DNA of 64,000 bases, taken from the NCBI GenBank assembly GCA_965261595.1, contig CBDHDG010000004.1, positions 832,001 to 896,000 of the forward strand, given 5' to 3'. Positions within the stretch are counted from its first letter, which is position 1; each line of letters opens with the position of its first letter. Positions 21,360 to 33,277 of the stretch are shown here, piece after piece. A program made the translations under genes and the position numbers. Origin of the DNA: a bacterium. Its GTDB lineage: Bacteria; UBA8248; JACPRG01; G963555815. The notes below the pieces were generated by a model. It searched no databases. It worked only from the letters and a program-made list of their open reading frames with translations, and was not told the origin of the DNA.

Positions 21360-22420
21360 TGGATGTGCACCTGAGAAAAATCCCCCACCATGAGACGGCA
21401 CGCCGAGGGTTTCGCGTCCGAGCGCCCGATCTCGGCGTTCCGTCCGATCAGGCTGTCGGCGATCCGCTGCCGCACGTCGCTGATTACACTTCCTTCCAGG
21501 ATGATGCTGTGCTCGATCTCGGAGCCGTGGACCCGGACCCTGTCGCCGATGGCGGTGAACGGCCCGATGTAGGAATCGCGGATCTCCGCCCCCTTGCCGA
21601 TCACGGCGGGTCCCCGGATGGTGCTGTTCACCACCCGGCTTCCCTCCTCCAGGGTCACCCGGAACTCGATCCGGGACGCCTCGTCCACCTCGCCCAGCCG
21701 GCGCTCCTCCAGGGTGTCCAGGATAAGCCGGTTCGCTTCCAGCAGGTCTTCCAGCTTGCCCATGTCCTTCCACCACCCCTGGACGACGTGGGAGTGGACG
21801 ACGCGGCCGTCGTCGATGAGCCGCTGGATGGCGTCGGTGATTTCGAGCTCTCCGCGCGCGGAGTACTCTATGGCGCGCGCGGCGTCGAAGATGGTCCGGT
21901 CGAACATGTAGACGCCGACCAGGGCCAGGTCGCTTTTCGGCCGGGCGGGCTTTTCCTCCAACCGGATCACCCGCCCCTCCTTGAGCTCGGCCACGCCGAA
22001 ATCGCTCGGGTTGGGAACGGGGCAGAGCAGGAGCATGGCGTTGGGCGCCTCGCTCTTGAAGTCTTCGACGAGGTCGCGAATGCCCCCCCGGATGAGGTTG
22101 TCCCCGAGGTACATCACGAAGGGCGAACCGGCCAGATAGTCTTCCGCCGTCAGAACCGCGTGGGCCAGCCCCAGGGGCTCTGACTGGGGGATGTAGGTCA
22201 CCTCGACGTCCCAGCGCGAGCCGTCCCCGACGGCGGCCTCGATGTCGGGCTGGGTCTCTCCCACAATGATGCCGATCTCGCGGATCCCCGCCTGCCGGAT
22301 GGCCTCGATTCCATAGAAGAGGACGGGCTGGTTAGCGACGGGAACGAGCTGCTTGGCGTTCGTGTAGGTGATCGGGCGGAGCCGGGTCCCCCGGCCCCCG
22401 CTGAGAATGAGTCCCTTCAC
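21356..22420 (-). CDS. rfbA: Glucose-1-phosphate thymidylyltransferase (long form)
   Basis: GLILSGGRGTRLRP.T, KQL.PVAN, LGLAHAV, RGELEITDA, C-terminal hexapeptide-like repeats. Confidence 0.93.
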   Translation of the reverse strand: MKGLILSGGRGTRLRPITYTNAKQLVPVANQPVLFYGIEAIRQAGIREIGIIVGETQPDIEAAVGDGSRWDVEVTYIPQSEPLGLAHAVLTAEDYLAGSPFVMYLGDNLIRGGIRDLVEDFKSEAPNAMLLLCPVPNPSDFGVAELKEGRVIRLEEKPARPKSDLALVGVYMFDRTIFDAARAIEYSARGELEITDAIQRLIDDGRVVHSHVVQGWWKDMGKLEDLLEANRLILDTLEERRLGEVDEASRIEFRVTLEEGSRVVNSTIRGPAVIGKGAEIRDSYIGPFTAIGDRVRVHGSEIEHSIILEGSVISDVRQRIADSLIGRNAEIGRSDAKPSACRLMVGDFSQVHIQ

Positions 22421-22607
22421 TGATTTATTCCCCCCGTCCGAAACGGGGTCCGCCAGGGCGCGGGGACGGAATCCTTCGCAATCATCTGCCTCGTTATCGG
22501 GTGCGGGTCTTGAGGATCGCCTCCGGGAGACCCTCCGCCCGTGACGCGGTCTTCCCCCCGGCGCCGAAGGCCGGACCGCCGCGAGGAGGCCCCCCCCGCG
22601 CGTCGCC

Positions 22608-22637
22608 AAGATACTTCGGCCGCCCCTCGGAAGTCAA
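22608..22637 (-). promoter_or_regulatory. Possible sigma70 promoter for the rfb operon
   Basis: TTGACT-18 nt-TATCTT on the minus strand. Confidence 0.35.
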
Positions 22638-22806
22638 GGAATTGTATGGGTTCAAGACGGACGGAACGCCGGGCCCCGGCGTCGCCCCTTCGCGTCAAAG
22701 GAAGGACTTCCGCCCTCCCCCCCCCACCCCCCGATTCCTCCGGCCACGGGGGCGCTTCCGGTTAGGCGCGCCCTTCGGTGTGTGGTAAGGAAAGGCAGCC
22801 TGGATA

Positions 22807-23772
22807 ATGTCGAACCTCACATCGGGATTTTCCATGACCCCTGTTTACGCGATTCTTGCGGCGCTGAGCGCGGCCTTCTTCTTCGCCGTGGCCGATATCT
22901 TCCTGAAGCGGGGCCTTCAGTTCACCTCCCCGACGATGGCCCCGCTCATCACGGCCCCTGTCCAGTGGATTCTCTTCACGGGCATTTGTCTGTACACGGG
23001 GGCTTTTGCCGAGCTCAAGACCGCGGCCGTGCCCTGGTTCATGGCCGCCGGATTCATGAACTCGGTCTCTTTCCTGTCCCTCTTCCTCCTCGCCATTCGA
23101 CGCATCGGGGTGGCTCGCGCGGCCCCCCTCAAGGGGTGTTCTCCCATCTTCACGGCGGTATTCGCTTTCGTCATCCTCGGGGAGAAGCTGGCCGTCCCGC
23201 AATATCTTGGGATCGCCCTGGCCGTCGCCGGTCTGTTCGTCATCACGTCGGAGGATTGGGGGAAGGGGCCCCGCCCGGCCGGGAACCCGGCGGCGGATCG
23301 GGCCTCCGGGGACGGGGATCCCCCCGCCGCGGGGGCGGGCTCCGCAAAGGTCGGCTCCTTGATGTCCATCCTGGCGGGCGTGGCGCTCGGCATCGGCGCG
23401 GTGCTGGTCAAGATCGGCCTGGCCATCATGCCCTCGCCCCTGCTGGCCGCGTGGATCGGTTCATCGGTGGCTGTTCTCTTTTTTCCTTTTCTGGCGCTCT
23501 GCTTCCCGATGGGCGAGCGGCGCCGCATCCGGCTCGGGGCCCTTCCGTGGCTCATGCCGGCGGGCGCGATGGCGGGGACGGCGATCTATTCGCTGATCTT
23601 CGCCATCCATCTGGGAGAGGTGTCGATCGTCACGACACTTTATCAGACGTCCCCGCTCATGGTTCTCGTCCTGACGATGATTTTCCTTCGGCGGTGGGAG
23701 CGGGTGACGCCCCGGGTGGTCCTGGGGGCCTTGCTCACCGTGGGTGGAGGGTCGATGGTGGTTCTTGGATGA
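22807..23772 (+). CDS. DMT/EamA family transporter
   Basis: About 10 hydrophobic segments in two repeats; PIFT...A...LGE and SPL...L...FL..E. Confidence 0.85.
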   Translation: MSNLTSGFSMTPVYAILAALSAAFFFAVADIFLKRGLQFTSPTMAPLITAPVQWILFTGICLYTGAFAELKTAAVPWFMAAGFMNSVSFLSLFLLAIRRIGVARAAPLKGCSPIFTAVFAFVILGEKLAVPQYLGIALAVAGLFVITSEDWGKGPRPAGNPAADRASGDGDPPAAGAGSAKVGSLMSILAGVALGIGAVLVKIGLAIMPSPLLAAWIGSSVAVLFFPFLALCFPMGERRRIRLGALPWLMPAGAMAGTAIYSLIFAIHLGEVSIVTTLYQTSPLMVLVLTMIFLRRWERVTPRVVLGALLTVGGGSMVVLG

Positions 23773-23903
23773 AAAGATTGCGGCTTTGAGCGACCTCTCG
23801 ATTGATCGGATGGCTCCGCTAGGGGGGGAGGGGGCTCTGTGGTAAAACGGGCGCTGTGACACGGCGCGGGAACGGCGGGATGGCTATAGAGAGGAAATCA
23901 AGA

Positions 23904-24566
23904 ATGTCGGACGCGAAGACGCTGTTCTCCGAAATGAAAAAGGAAATGGCCGATCTGGAGGATCGAATCCGTCACCATCCCTTCATCGCGGCCGTCGAAG
24001 CCGGCGAAGCGCCTCGGGAGGCGCTCACGATCTTCGCGGGGGAGCAGTATCACATCATCGAAAGCGACCTGAGGAGTGTGGCCCAACTTCTCTCCCGTCA
24101 CCCGGTGCCGCTGACACACGCGTTCTTTTGGGGGACGCTTCAGGGGGAGAAGGCCGCGCTGAATCACATCGTCGTTCTCGGCCGGGCCCTGGGGCTGGAC
24201 CGGGAGGCCCTCTCCGCGCGTGAGCCAGCCCCCGAGGCCCATGCCTATCCCGCCTACATGGCGTGGCTGGGGGTGTATGGATCAGCCGGCCAGACGGCCG
24301 CGGCGTTCGCTTTGAACTTTGACGCCTGGGGGGCGAACTGCGGCAGGATGGGGGCCGGGTTGCGGGAGCACTATGGCCTGTCCGCCGGGGATCTCGCCTT
24401 TTTCGAATCGTTTGCCAACCCCCCGGCGGATTTGGCTGAACGCGCGGCGGAAATCGTCGATCAGGATCTGGCGCGGGGCATCCCCCCCCAACGGATCAAA
24501 CAGTCCGCGAGGCTCCTGCAAGGCTACGAGCTCATGTTCTGGGACTACATGGAAAGGCGCCGATGA
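23904..24566 (+). CDS. TenA/PqqC-superfamily protein
   Basis: HPF....G, EQY.I..SD.RS, F...FA, YELMFWD; RBS GAGGA before the ATG at 23904. Confidence 0.75.
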   Translation: MSDAKTLFSEMKKEMADLEDRIRHHPFIAAVEAGEAPREALTIFAGEQYHIIESDLRSVAQLLSRHPVPLTHAFFWGTLQGEKAALNHIVVLGRALGLDREALSAREPAPEAHAYPAYMAWLGVYGSAGQTAAAFALNFDAWGANCGRMGAGLREHYGLSAGDLAFFESFANPPADLAERAAEIVDQDLARGIPPQRIKQSARLLQGYELMFWDYMERRR

Positions 24567-24822
24567 ATGGCCCTTCCTCCCCTGGTCAAGAAACGCGCCG
24601 AGAAATATTTCCACGCCTATTGCGAGAGAAAAGTTCCTCTTCACGTCAGGGACAAGGTGAGACTGGCTTTCGGTTTCCGCGGAAACAGCCTTACGCTCTT
24701 TGAGGAGCGGGAAAGCTATTTCGGCAAAAGCACGTGGACAAAATCCCCGGTGGCCCAATTCCGATATCGCCCGGAGAGCGGAGAATGGACGCTTTATTGC
24801 CGTAACAGGAATCTCCGTTGGC
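24567..24822 (+). pseudogene. DUF3024-like protein, C-terminally truncated
   Basis: VP.HVRD.VRL, P.AQFRY....W.LY.R.RNLRW, then runs into antisense SOD sequence. Confidence 0.65.
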
Positions 24823-25202
24823 GCCAAGATTCCCCCAGTCGCCCGCGTGACGCTTTGCGCTCTTGCGCCCGCCGTGGGAGGTGTTGGCCGGATTGAAGTG
24901 GCCGCCCGCACTCTTTCCATCAGGAGAACCGCAATCGCCCTTGGCATGAACGTGAAAACCATGCGAGCCCGCGGGCGCGCCCTTCGCTTCCACACTGACC
25001 AAAACGCCGCCTTCGGTCTCTTGAATGCGGACGACGCCGGATACATGGCTGCCGCTCTTGGCTTCCAGCTTGGCCATGGCCCGTTTCACCGCCATCTTCT
25101 TACCCGAACCTTCTTTGTCACCGCCCCGGCGCCGCCGGTGATGAGCACGACGGCCGCGACGGCGGCGATAGCCGCAACTCGTTTTCTCCCTGACACTTTC
25201 AT
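24811..25202 (-). pseudogene. sodC: Cu/Zn superoxide dismutase, frameshifted and truncated
   Basis: Signal peptide from the ATG at 25202, frameshift near 25125, then HGFHVH..GDC...G.SAGGHFNP...H...HAGD.GNL; C-terminal third missing. Confidence 0.85.
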
Positions 25203-25270
25203 TCCTCCTTGAAGAATTATCCCCGGGTTCCCCTCAGCGGATTCACGCCAAGGGCATCCCGCACCATACC

Positions 25271-25648
25271 TCAGAACAGGACGATCAGATACCAGACGGA
25301 AAGCGCCCAATATGCGGCGGTCACGAGGCAGAGGATCACACAGTTCGCCGGGTGCGGCCGGACCCACGCGGGCAGAAGCTTCGGCATCCGGACGTAATTC
25401 AGATAGAGGAGGCCCGGCGCGTAGACGCCCATCGCCAGAAAGCTCGACACCCCCACGATGACGATCAACGGCCCCGGCCGCTCGAACCAGATGGTCGTCA
25501 GGCTGAGGACGGTCAGGAGGATCACCCACAGGTAATACCACCAGCGGAAGGGCCGCTTGCGCGCCCGGGACGACGCGGACCTCAGGTAATCGGCATGCAT
25601 CCGCGCGACGCCGTCGGTGATGGTCAGCCACGTATCGGCCAAGAAAAC
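25271..25648 (-). pseudogene. 3' remnant of an Nramp-like membrane transporter cut by the island boundary
   Basis: FLADTWL...DGVAR.HADY followed by TM segments; upstream sequence switches abruptly to AT-rich DNA. Confidence 0.55.
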
Positions 25649-25868
25649 ATTATGAGAAAGTCCATTCTTCTGCCAATGAAGCGCCTGAATGCGTTCTAGT
25701 ACTATAACTATTTATTTTTATTCACTTATTTCAGTTCTTCTCCTGTTTCCAGCCCCTTGCATTCCCGCCATGTTTGTGCTCAGATACGCACCGAGTTGAT
25801 GCCGGTCATATTCGTATTGATTACGGACTTGCACACCGATTGCCATCGTATAAAGGCAAGGATGGTCC

Positions 25869-26625
25869 ATGCCCAGACGAAGCGAGCTCAGGATAACCAA
25901 GCGCACCGTGGATGCGCTCACCGTCGAAACCGAGGATGCCGTCTTCTGGGATCGGGATCTGGCCGGCTTCGGGGTGCGTGTCCATGCCACGGGCCGCAAG
26001 GTCTACGTGGTGCAGTCCCGGGGGCCGATCGGGCCGAAGCGAGTGACCCTCGGGCGTCATGGGGACATGTCGACCGATGAGGCGAGGAAGCGGGCGGCCG
26101 TGGTCATCGACCGCATCAAGCAGGGCGAGGACCCCGTGCCCGCGCCACCCGTACCGGAGCTCACAGTGTCCGAACTGTCCGAACACTTCATGCGCGTCCA
26201 TGTCAAGGTGCATTGCAAGCCGAGCACGGCCGCCAAGTATCGATTGGTGCTCGACAAACACATCTTGCCGGTGCTGGGCGGGATGTCAATCAGCGAGGTC
26301 GGACGAGGGGAGATTGCGGCGCTGCATCACCGGCTCCACGACACACCTGCAATGGCCAACGGGACGGTCAATATCCTGTCGAAAATGTTCTCGCTGGCCG
26401 AGGCGTGGGACCGGATACCGCCCGGACGGAACCCGTGCCGGTCGGTGCGCCGTTACAAAATGCGGTCGCGCGAGCGGTTTCTGACGCCGGAGGAGTTCCG
26501 GCGGCTGGGCCGGGTATTGAGAGATGTGGAAACGGACGGCTCGGTGTGGCCGCCGGCAATCGCGGCGCTCCGGCTGCTGCTGCTGACCGGATGCCGGAAG
26601 AGCGAGATCCTGACGCTGCGCTGGG
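25869..26625 (+). pseudogene. Tyrosine recombinase/integrase with arm-DNA-binding (DUF4102-like) domain, truncated
   Basis: FWDRDLAGFGVRV, NPC, LLLLTGCRKSEILTLRW, then foreign sequence; HxxRH and catalytic Tyr absent. Confidence 0.85.
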
Positions 26626-26752
26626 AATTTATAGATCGCTTTTTCCCACGGCTTACGGCCATTGTATAACGCATTGATATTATAGGTTAATATCTGTTTC
26701 TCTATCTTTCCTGACTGACGACTTCCTGTAAAGTTCAACACTATTTCAACAC
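26621..26752 (+). repeat. Unclassified element end A (inverted partner at 37791-37923)
   Basis: CTGGGAATTTATAGAT.., IHF-like site, GTTCAACACTATTTCAACAC. Confidence 0.65.
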
Positions 26753-27078
26753 GGTGCGCCGTGCCATATCGAGGCGCGCTCCTGACGCCGTGCGCCGCCG
26801 CCGATCCGCCGTTTCCGCCGATTCGAGACCATCGGCCGCGCGAATCGTAGCCGTTCGGATTCCGGCCCGGAGCCGCCCCGAACCCAGAAGCCCCCCGCCG
26901 GCGAGGGCCGCAATGATGGCGTTGACCAATGCCATCGCGCTGCCGGTGCGCCGTCCGTTGCCGCGAACCAATGCCGCGGGCGATCCCGTTCCAGGCGGTT
27001 CATCTCCATTCCGGAACAATACCGTTCTCCCGCAGGAACTCTTCCACCAGCTCCGCAATCTGCTCTTCCTAGGAGGCT

Positions 27079-28111
27079 TGACCTGCCCCCTTCAAGCGAG
27101 TCCAGTTCATAAAGGAGTATTCCTGGGTTGTAGAAGGAGGCGAAGGATGGCCAGGAAGCGGTTTACGTCCGCGCAGATCGTCATCAAGCTGCGAGAGGGG
27201 GAGGTGTCCCAGTCCCAGGGGAAGACGGTGGTCCAGGTGTGCAAGCAGATCGGGGTGACCGAGCAGACCGACTCCCGGTGGAGGAAGGAGTATGGGGGTC
27301 TGAGGATGGATCAGGCCAAGCGTCTGAAGTCGCTGGAGAAGGAGAATGGCCGGCTGAAGAAGCTGGTGGCGGATCTGTCTGTGGACAACCAGATTCTGAA
27401 GGAAGTCTCCTCGGGAAACTTCCAGGTCCGGCGAAGCGGAGAGGAGCCGTGGTATGGGTGCGAGAGCGGTCCGGGCCTGAGCGAGTCTGTGAGCGTCGGG
27501 CCTGCCGCGTGCTGGGACAGGCTCGATCGACCCAACGAAGAGTCCGACAGATTTCCAAGGAAGAGGGACGACTGGTGCTCCGGATGGTGGGGTTGGCCAG
27601 TCAGCATGGCCGGTACGGGTACCGGAGGATCACGGCGATTCTTCGCCTTAGAGGGGTGGAAGGTGAACCCCAAGCGCGTGGAAAAGCTTTGGAGACAGGA
27701 AGGGCTGAAGGTCCCGTCCAGACAGCCGAAACGAAGGAGACTGTGGCTCCATGACGGGTCCTGCGTGCGCCTGAGACCGACTCATCGGAACCATGTCTGG
27801 AGCTATGCCTGCGTACCCAAGAGGGGGGGGCTTTCCGTCTGCTGACCATTTTGGATGCGTACATCCTTTGAATGTTTATCCATTGATGCCCCAAGGCAGA
27901 TGAATCACCAGGATGTGCTGGAGCGGTTGGCAGAGCTGTTTGTGGACCGTGGCGTCCCCGAATACCTCCGGTCAGATAACGGGTCGGAGTTCACGGCCAG
28001 GGTGGTCAGGCACTGGCTCAAGGCGGTTGGCGTGAGGACGTTGTCCATCGAGCCAGGGAGTCCCTGGGAGAACGGATATGTGGAGAGTTTCAACGGGAAG
28101 CTGAGGGATGA
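27079..28111 (+). mobile_element. Degenerate IS3-family element (IS407-like), frameshifted and truncated by the next IS
   Basis: TGACCTGCCCC left end; OrfA ARKRFT..QI..KLRE, W.K.YGGL; OrfB RYGYRRI, LRSDNGSEF, PGSPWENGYVESFNGKLRD. Confidence 0.85.
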
Positions 28112-29515
28112 TGGACCGCCCCTGGGTTATTGGACACTCGGGTGAGGGTATTCGACCTCATGCGGCCTCCGCAACTTGAGCGAGTTTTTCCTGCCTTGCC
28201 TGGGCCGGCGTTCGGTAGCCGTAGCCCTCGAGAATCCAATGATGGTTATACAGGTTCTTGAACTCAAGCAGCGCCCACCGCAGTTCCTCTACGGTGGCGA
28301 AAGAGCGCACCCACAGGAGATTCTCCTTCAAGATGCGGATAAACCACTCACAGTAGCCATTTCCCTCGGGCGCCCGCACGAAGCTGGGCGAACTGGTCAT
28401 GCCCAGGTAGGCGATCTCCCGCTGAAAGTCATCGGACAGATAGGCGGGGCCGTGGTCGTGACGAACTTTAAGCCCCTCGGCGACGTCCGCCTCCAAGCCG
28501 GCGAAGCGCTCGGCGACCCCCTGCCGGATCGGCTCCAGGGCCTCGAAGCGGTTGCCGCTCTTGGCCGCATGGATCCCCACGCAGTCCACCGAGCAGTGAT
28601 CCACCGCCACGAACACCGAGGCCATCCCCTCCTCGGTGGTCACCGTCGTCGTCATGTGCGTGCCCCACATTCGGTCGGGCCGCTCGGTGCGGATGGTCCC
28701 GTTGTGGGCCTTGGGACCTCGGGGTTTGCCCACCCGGTGGGGGGCCTGAAGCCCCGCCTCCCGCATCAGGCGACGCACCCGCTCCTTGCTGGTGCGGATG
28801 CCCGCGAAGCGCAGCCTCGCCCACACCTTGCGGTAGCCCTCGCCATGGAAGGGAGAGTCCTCCAGGACCTGCCGGATGTGGCCGAGGAGTTCCGCATCGG
28901 TGCACGGGCCCACAGGGCCGCGCTTATTGGGCGTGGGGCGTTCATGAACGGGGACCGCCTCTCGCCGCCGTTGCGCGTAGACCGTGGAGCGCGCCAAGCC
29001 CCAAAGGGCGCACACCCGCTTCAGGCCGTAGGCTCTGCCCGTGGAGGTGAAGCGGGCCTGACTCATCGCCTCCACCTCCTGCCGGCTAAAGGGCGGCCGG
29101 CCTCCAGGCGGTCGATCTTCTCCCGCAGGACCTCGCCCTCCATCGTGAGTTCGCCCACCTTGGCCTTGAGCCGGGCGTTCTCCTCGTCCCGCTCATCCGC
29201 CGGGCGGGCTTTGAGCGCCGCCTCGCCCGCGCGAAGGAACGCCTCGCGCCAGGCGGAAAGCCGAGCCGCTGTCGTGCCCAACTCGCGGCAGAGCGTCTCC
29301 AGGCTCTCGCCCCGCAAAAGACGCAGGACCGCCTCCCGCTTGCGCTGGCAGGAGAACCGACCCCGCTCACTGCGATGCCCTGGGGCCTTGGCTCCGTTCG
29401 CCCTACGGGCGCCCTCCGCCAAAGCCCCCTCTTGCTTTTGTTCGTTCATCGCGACACCCCTTTCTCCATGAATCATGGATCAATCGAGTGTCCAACAAAA
29501 CCCTAGAGCGGGGGA
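28112..29515 (-). mobile_element. IS3-family element copy 1 (1404 bp; OrfA 29063-29449, OrfB 28158-29075)
   Basis: Imperfect terminal IRs around TTGGACACTCG; OrfB GYRKVWARL, rve core; near identical to 31826-33229 and 61068-62471; flanks not duplicated. Confidence 0.9.
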
Positions 29516-29819
29516 TGCCAGTCTACATTTCTTTGTTGTTCCGCATAAATCATGGGATTACCTGACAAAGTTACGAGTTCCCCGACATTTTGAGGTATTC
29601 AAGCTTGCAAAGCTTTATGCAGTACAAGCAGCTCAGGAACTTGTCAACATTCGCTATTATTTATCTAAATTACTGGACACGGCTGGCCCTTATGGGGTAC
29701 GGAAGCATTTGAATGAGATGGTAGTTTCTCGCGAACATGTGTCTAAGAATTCTTGGCAAATGGCTACGTATGAAGCCTGTGCCAACAGCGACTGGTTTTG
29801 TCGCGGAGGATTCAAATAA
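29516..29819 (+). pseudogene. 3' fragment of a low-GC gene resembling the C-terminus of defence-associated HNH nucleases (PtuB-like)
   Basis: RHF.VFKL..LY...AA.EL...NSWQ.A.YEA.A.SDWFC.GGF; similarity recalled from memory, not searched. Confidence 0.35.
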
Positions 29820-29840
29820 GCTCGAGAGCTTGTGCAAATG

Positions 29841-30365
29841 GAGCTACTGTCAAATCTGATGTATGGCTGTCGTAAATCAAGCGGCTTTCCTGCCCGTCTC
29901 TCTTTCGTCCACCCCATCGATGAACTTCACATCGGCGACCACACAGGCCAGTTAACGGAAGCCGCGTAGGCGGCGCCATCGCTTCCGGTTGTTCATGGCG
30001 AGCTTGTTCACGAGGCTCAGCGCCGTTTTCACGCTCAGACAGTTCCTGGTCTTCACCGTTCGCAACCGTATGGTGGCGAAGGTCGACTCGATGGGGTTGG
30101 TGGTCCGCAGGTGTTGCCAGTGAGACGCCGGGAAGTCGTAGAAGGCGAGCAGTTCCTATCGGTCCCTCGCCAGGCAGTCGGCGGCCTTGGGGTATTTCGC
30201 CTCATGGGTGGCGAGGAAGCGCTCGTACTCCTTGTTCGCTCTCACCCGTGTATCGGCCCGCACATCTCGTGGAGCATCGACTTGGCTTCGCCCTGAAGAC
30301 GCTTGGGCAGCTTGTCGAGGACGTTCGCCGTCTTGTGCACCCAGCAGCACTGCGTCCGGGTTTCG
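29841..30365 (-). mobile_element. IS256-family 3' remnant
   Basis: IR GAGCTACTGTCAAATCTGATGTATG; QCCWVHKTANVLDKLPK, RTTNPIESTFATIRLRT, with frameshifts. Confidence 0.85.
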
Positions 30366-30481
30366 GGATCGCGGTAGGGACGCCCCATAAGCGTTAACTT
30401 GTTTAGCGCCATTCAAAGTAATTTAACAACTGCAACAGGAGATGGTTCACTTCGGAGTGGAACCGGGGGCTAAGAAGGCTA

Positions 30482-33277
30482 GAGATACGCTCAGATCTGG
30501 TGTATGGGGTGAATTGAAGAAGGCGGCGCATTCCTGCTGAAATGGGGTTGTGAAGAGCCCGGTTATTCAGCGAGAGAGGAGATGCGCCACCATGGAGAAA
30601 GATACGACGGTTACATTTTCGAATCCAGCCTTTCGGGACGAACTCAGCGAAGTGGTGCGCCACGGCGCACGGCAAATCATTCGACAAGCCGTGGAAGCGG
30701 AGTTGCAGGCCTTCCTGGAGGAGCATGCGGCCGAGCGCGACGGTCGGGGACGCCGATCGGTCGTTCGCAACGGCTACCTGCCTTCGCGGGATGTTTTGAC
30801 GGGAATCGGCCCGGTCCGTGTCCGTGTTCCCCGGACGCGGGACAGGTCCGGCGGGGGACATTGTTTCCGCTCGGAGTTGTTGCCGCCCTACCTGAAGAAG
30901 ACGAGGCGGGTGGAAGCGGTTGTGCCGTGGCTGTACCTGAAGGGGGTATCGACGAATGACTTCGAGGAAGCCTTGCAAGCGTTGTTCGGCGAATCGGTGA
31001 AGGGTTTGTCTGCGGCGAGTGTCGCACGTCTCAAGGGCGGCTGGGAGGTCGAGTACGCCCAATGGCGGGAGCGTGACTGGGGAGGCGAGGAGTTCGTGTA
31101 TCTGTGGGCGGACGGGATATACGTGAACGTGCGCAGCGAGGAGCGGCGTTGTCTGTTGGTGGTGGTGGGCTGCGACGTGCGTGGTTGCAAGCACTTCCTG
31201 GCCCTGGATGCGGGGTTCCGGGAATCGAAGGAGAGCTGGAAGGCGGTGCTGTTGAGCCTGCGCGACCGCGGGGTGAAGGCGGCGAAACTGGCGGTGGGCG
31301 ACGGAGGGCTCGGGTTCTGGTCGGCCCTGGCCGAGGTGTACCCAGAAACCCGGGCGCAGCGCTGCTGGGTGCACAAGACGGCGAACGTGCTCGACAAGCT
31401 TCCCAAACGCCTTCAGGGCAGCGCGAAGTCGATGTTGCATGAGATCTGGCGGGCGGATACACGGGCGAGAGCGGAGGAGGCGTTCAAGCGCTTCGTCGCC
31501 ACCTACGAAGCCAAATACCCCAAGGCCGCCGACTGCCTGGCCAGGGATCGGGAGACGCTTCTGTCCTTCTACGACTTCCCGGCGGCTCACTGGCAGCACC
31601 TGCGGACTACCAACCCCATCGAATCGACCTTCGCGACCATACGGCTGCGAACGGTGAAGACCAGGAACTGCCTGAGCGAGAAGACGGCGTTGAGCCTCGT
31701 GCATCAACTCGCCATGAGCGCCCAGAAACGCTGGCGTCGGCTACGCGGCTTCCGTCATCTGGCCGGCGTGGTCGCCGACGTGAAGTTCATCGATGGGATT
31801 GACGAGAGAGAGATGGGCAGGGAAGTCCCCCGCTCTAGGGTTTTGTTGGACACTCGATTGATCCATGATTCATGGAGAAAGGGGTGTCGCGATGAACGAA
31901 CAAAAGCAAGAGGGGGCTTTGGCGGAGGGCGCCCGTAGGGCGAACGGAGCCAAGGCCCCAGGGCATCGCAGTGAGCGGGGTCGGTTCTCCTGCCAGCGCA
32001 AGCGGGAGGCGGTCCTGCGTCTTTTGCGGGGCGAGAGCCTGGAGACGCTCTGCCGCGAGTTGGGCACGACAGCGGCTCGGCTTTCCGCCTGGCGCGAGGC
32101 GTTCCTTCGCGGGGGCGAGGCGGCGCTCAAAGCCCGCCCGGCGGATGAGCGGGACGAGGAGAACGCCCGGCTCAAGGCCAAGGTGGGCGAACTCACGATG
32201 GAGGGCGAGGTCCTGCGGGAGAAGATCGACCGCCTGGAGGCCGGCCGCCCTTTAGCCGGCAGGAGGTGGAGGCGATGAGTCAGGCCCGCTTCACCTCCAC
32301 GGGCAGAGCCTACGGCCTGAAGCGGGTGTGCGCCCTTTGGGGCTTGGCGCGCTCCACGGTCTACGCGCAACGGCGGCGAGAGGCGGTCCCCGTTCATGAA
32401 CGCCCCACGCCCAATAAGCGCGGCCCTGTGGGCCCGTGCACCGATGCGGAACTCCTCGGCCACATCCGGCAGGTCCTGGAGGACTCTCCCTTCCATGGCG
32501 AGGGCTACCGCAAGGTGTGGGCGAGGCTGCGCTTCGCGGGCATCCGCACCAGCAAGGAGCGGGTGCGTCGCCTGATGCGGGAGGCGGGGCTTCAGGCCCC
32601 CCACCGGGTGGGCAAACCCCGAGGTCCCAAGGCCCACAACGGAACCATCCGCACCGAGCGGCCCGACCGAATGTGGGGCACGGACATGACGACGACGGTG
32701 ACCACCGAGGAGGGGATGGCCTCGGTGTTCGTGGCGGTGGATCACTGCTCGGTGGACTGCGTGGGGATCCATGCGGCCAAGAGCGGCAACCGCTTCGAGG
32801 CCCTGGAGCCGATCCGGCAGGGGGTCGCCGAGCGCTTCGCCGGCTTGGAGGCGGACGTCGCCGAGGGGCTTAAAGTTCGTCACGACCACGGCCCCGCCTA
32901 TCTGTCCGATGACTTTCAGCGGGAGATCGCCTACCTGGGCATGACCAGTTCGCCCAGCTTCGTGCGGGCGCCCGAGGGAAATGGCTACTGTGAGTGGTTC
33001 ATCCGCATCTTGAAGGAGAATCTCCTGTGGGTGCGCTCTTTCGCCACCGTAGAGGAACTGCGGTGGGCGCTGCTTGAGTTCAAGAACCTGTACAACCATC
33101 ATTGGATTCTCGAGGGCTACGGCTACCGAACGCCGGCCCAGGCAAGGCAGGAAAAACTCGCTCAAGTTGCGGAGGCCGCATGAGGTCGAATACCCTCACC
33201 CGAGTGTCCAATAACCCAGGGGCGGTCCAGAAGCCGCTTGATTCAGGACGCCCATACACCAGATTTGACAGTAACTC
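30482..33277 (+). mobile_element. IS256-family element; transposase about 30591-33241 with its last codons interrupted by a nested IS3-family copy
   Basis: IRs GAGATACGCTCAGATCTGGTGTATGG / CCATACACCAGATTTGACAGTAACTC; RNGY, YLWADGIY, GDG.LGFW, QRCWVHK, RTTNPIES. Confidence 0.92.
31826..33229 (+). mobile_element. IS3-family element copy 2 (1404 bp; OrfB 32266-33183)
   Basis: 4-bp target duplication GAAG (31822-31825 / 33230-33233); the only copy with an intact W.TD catalytic Asp. Confidence 0.92.
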
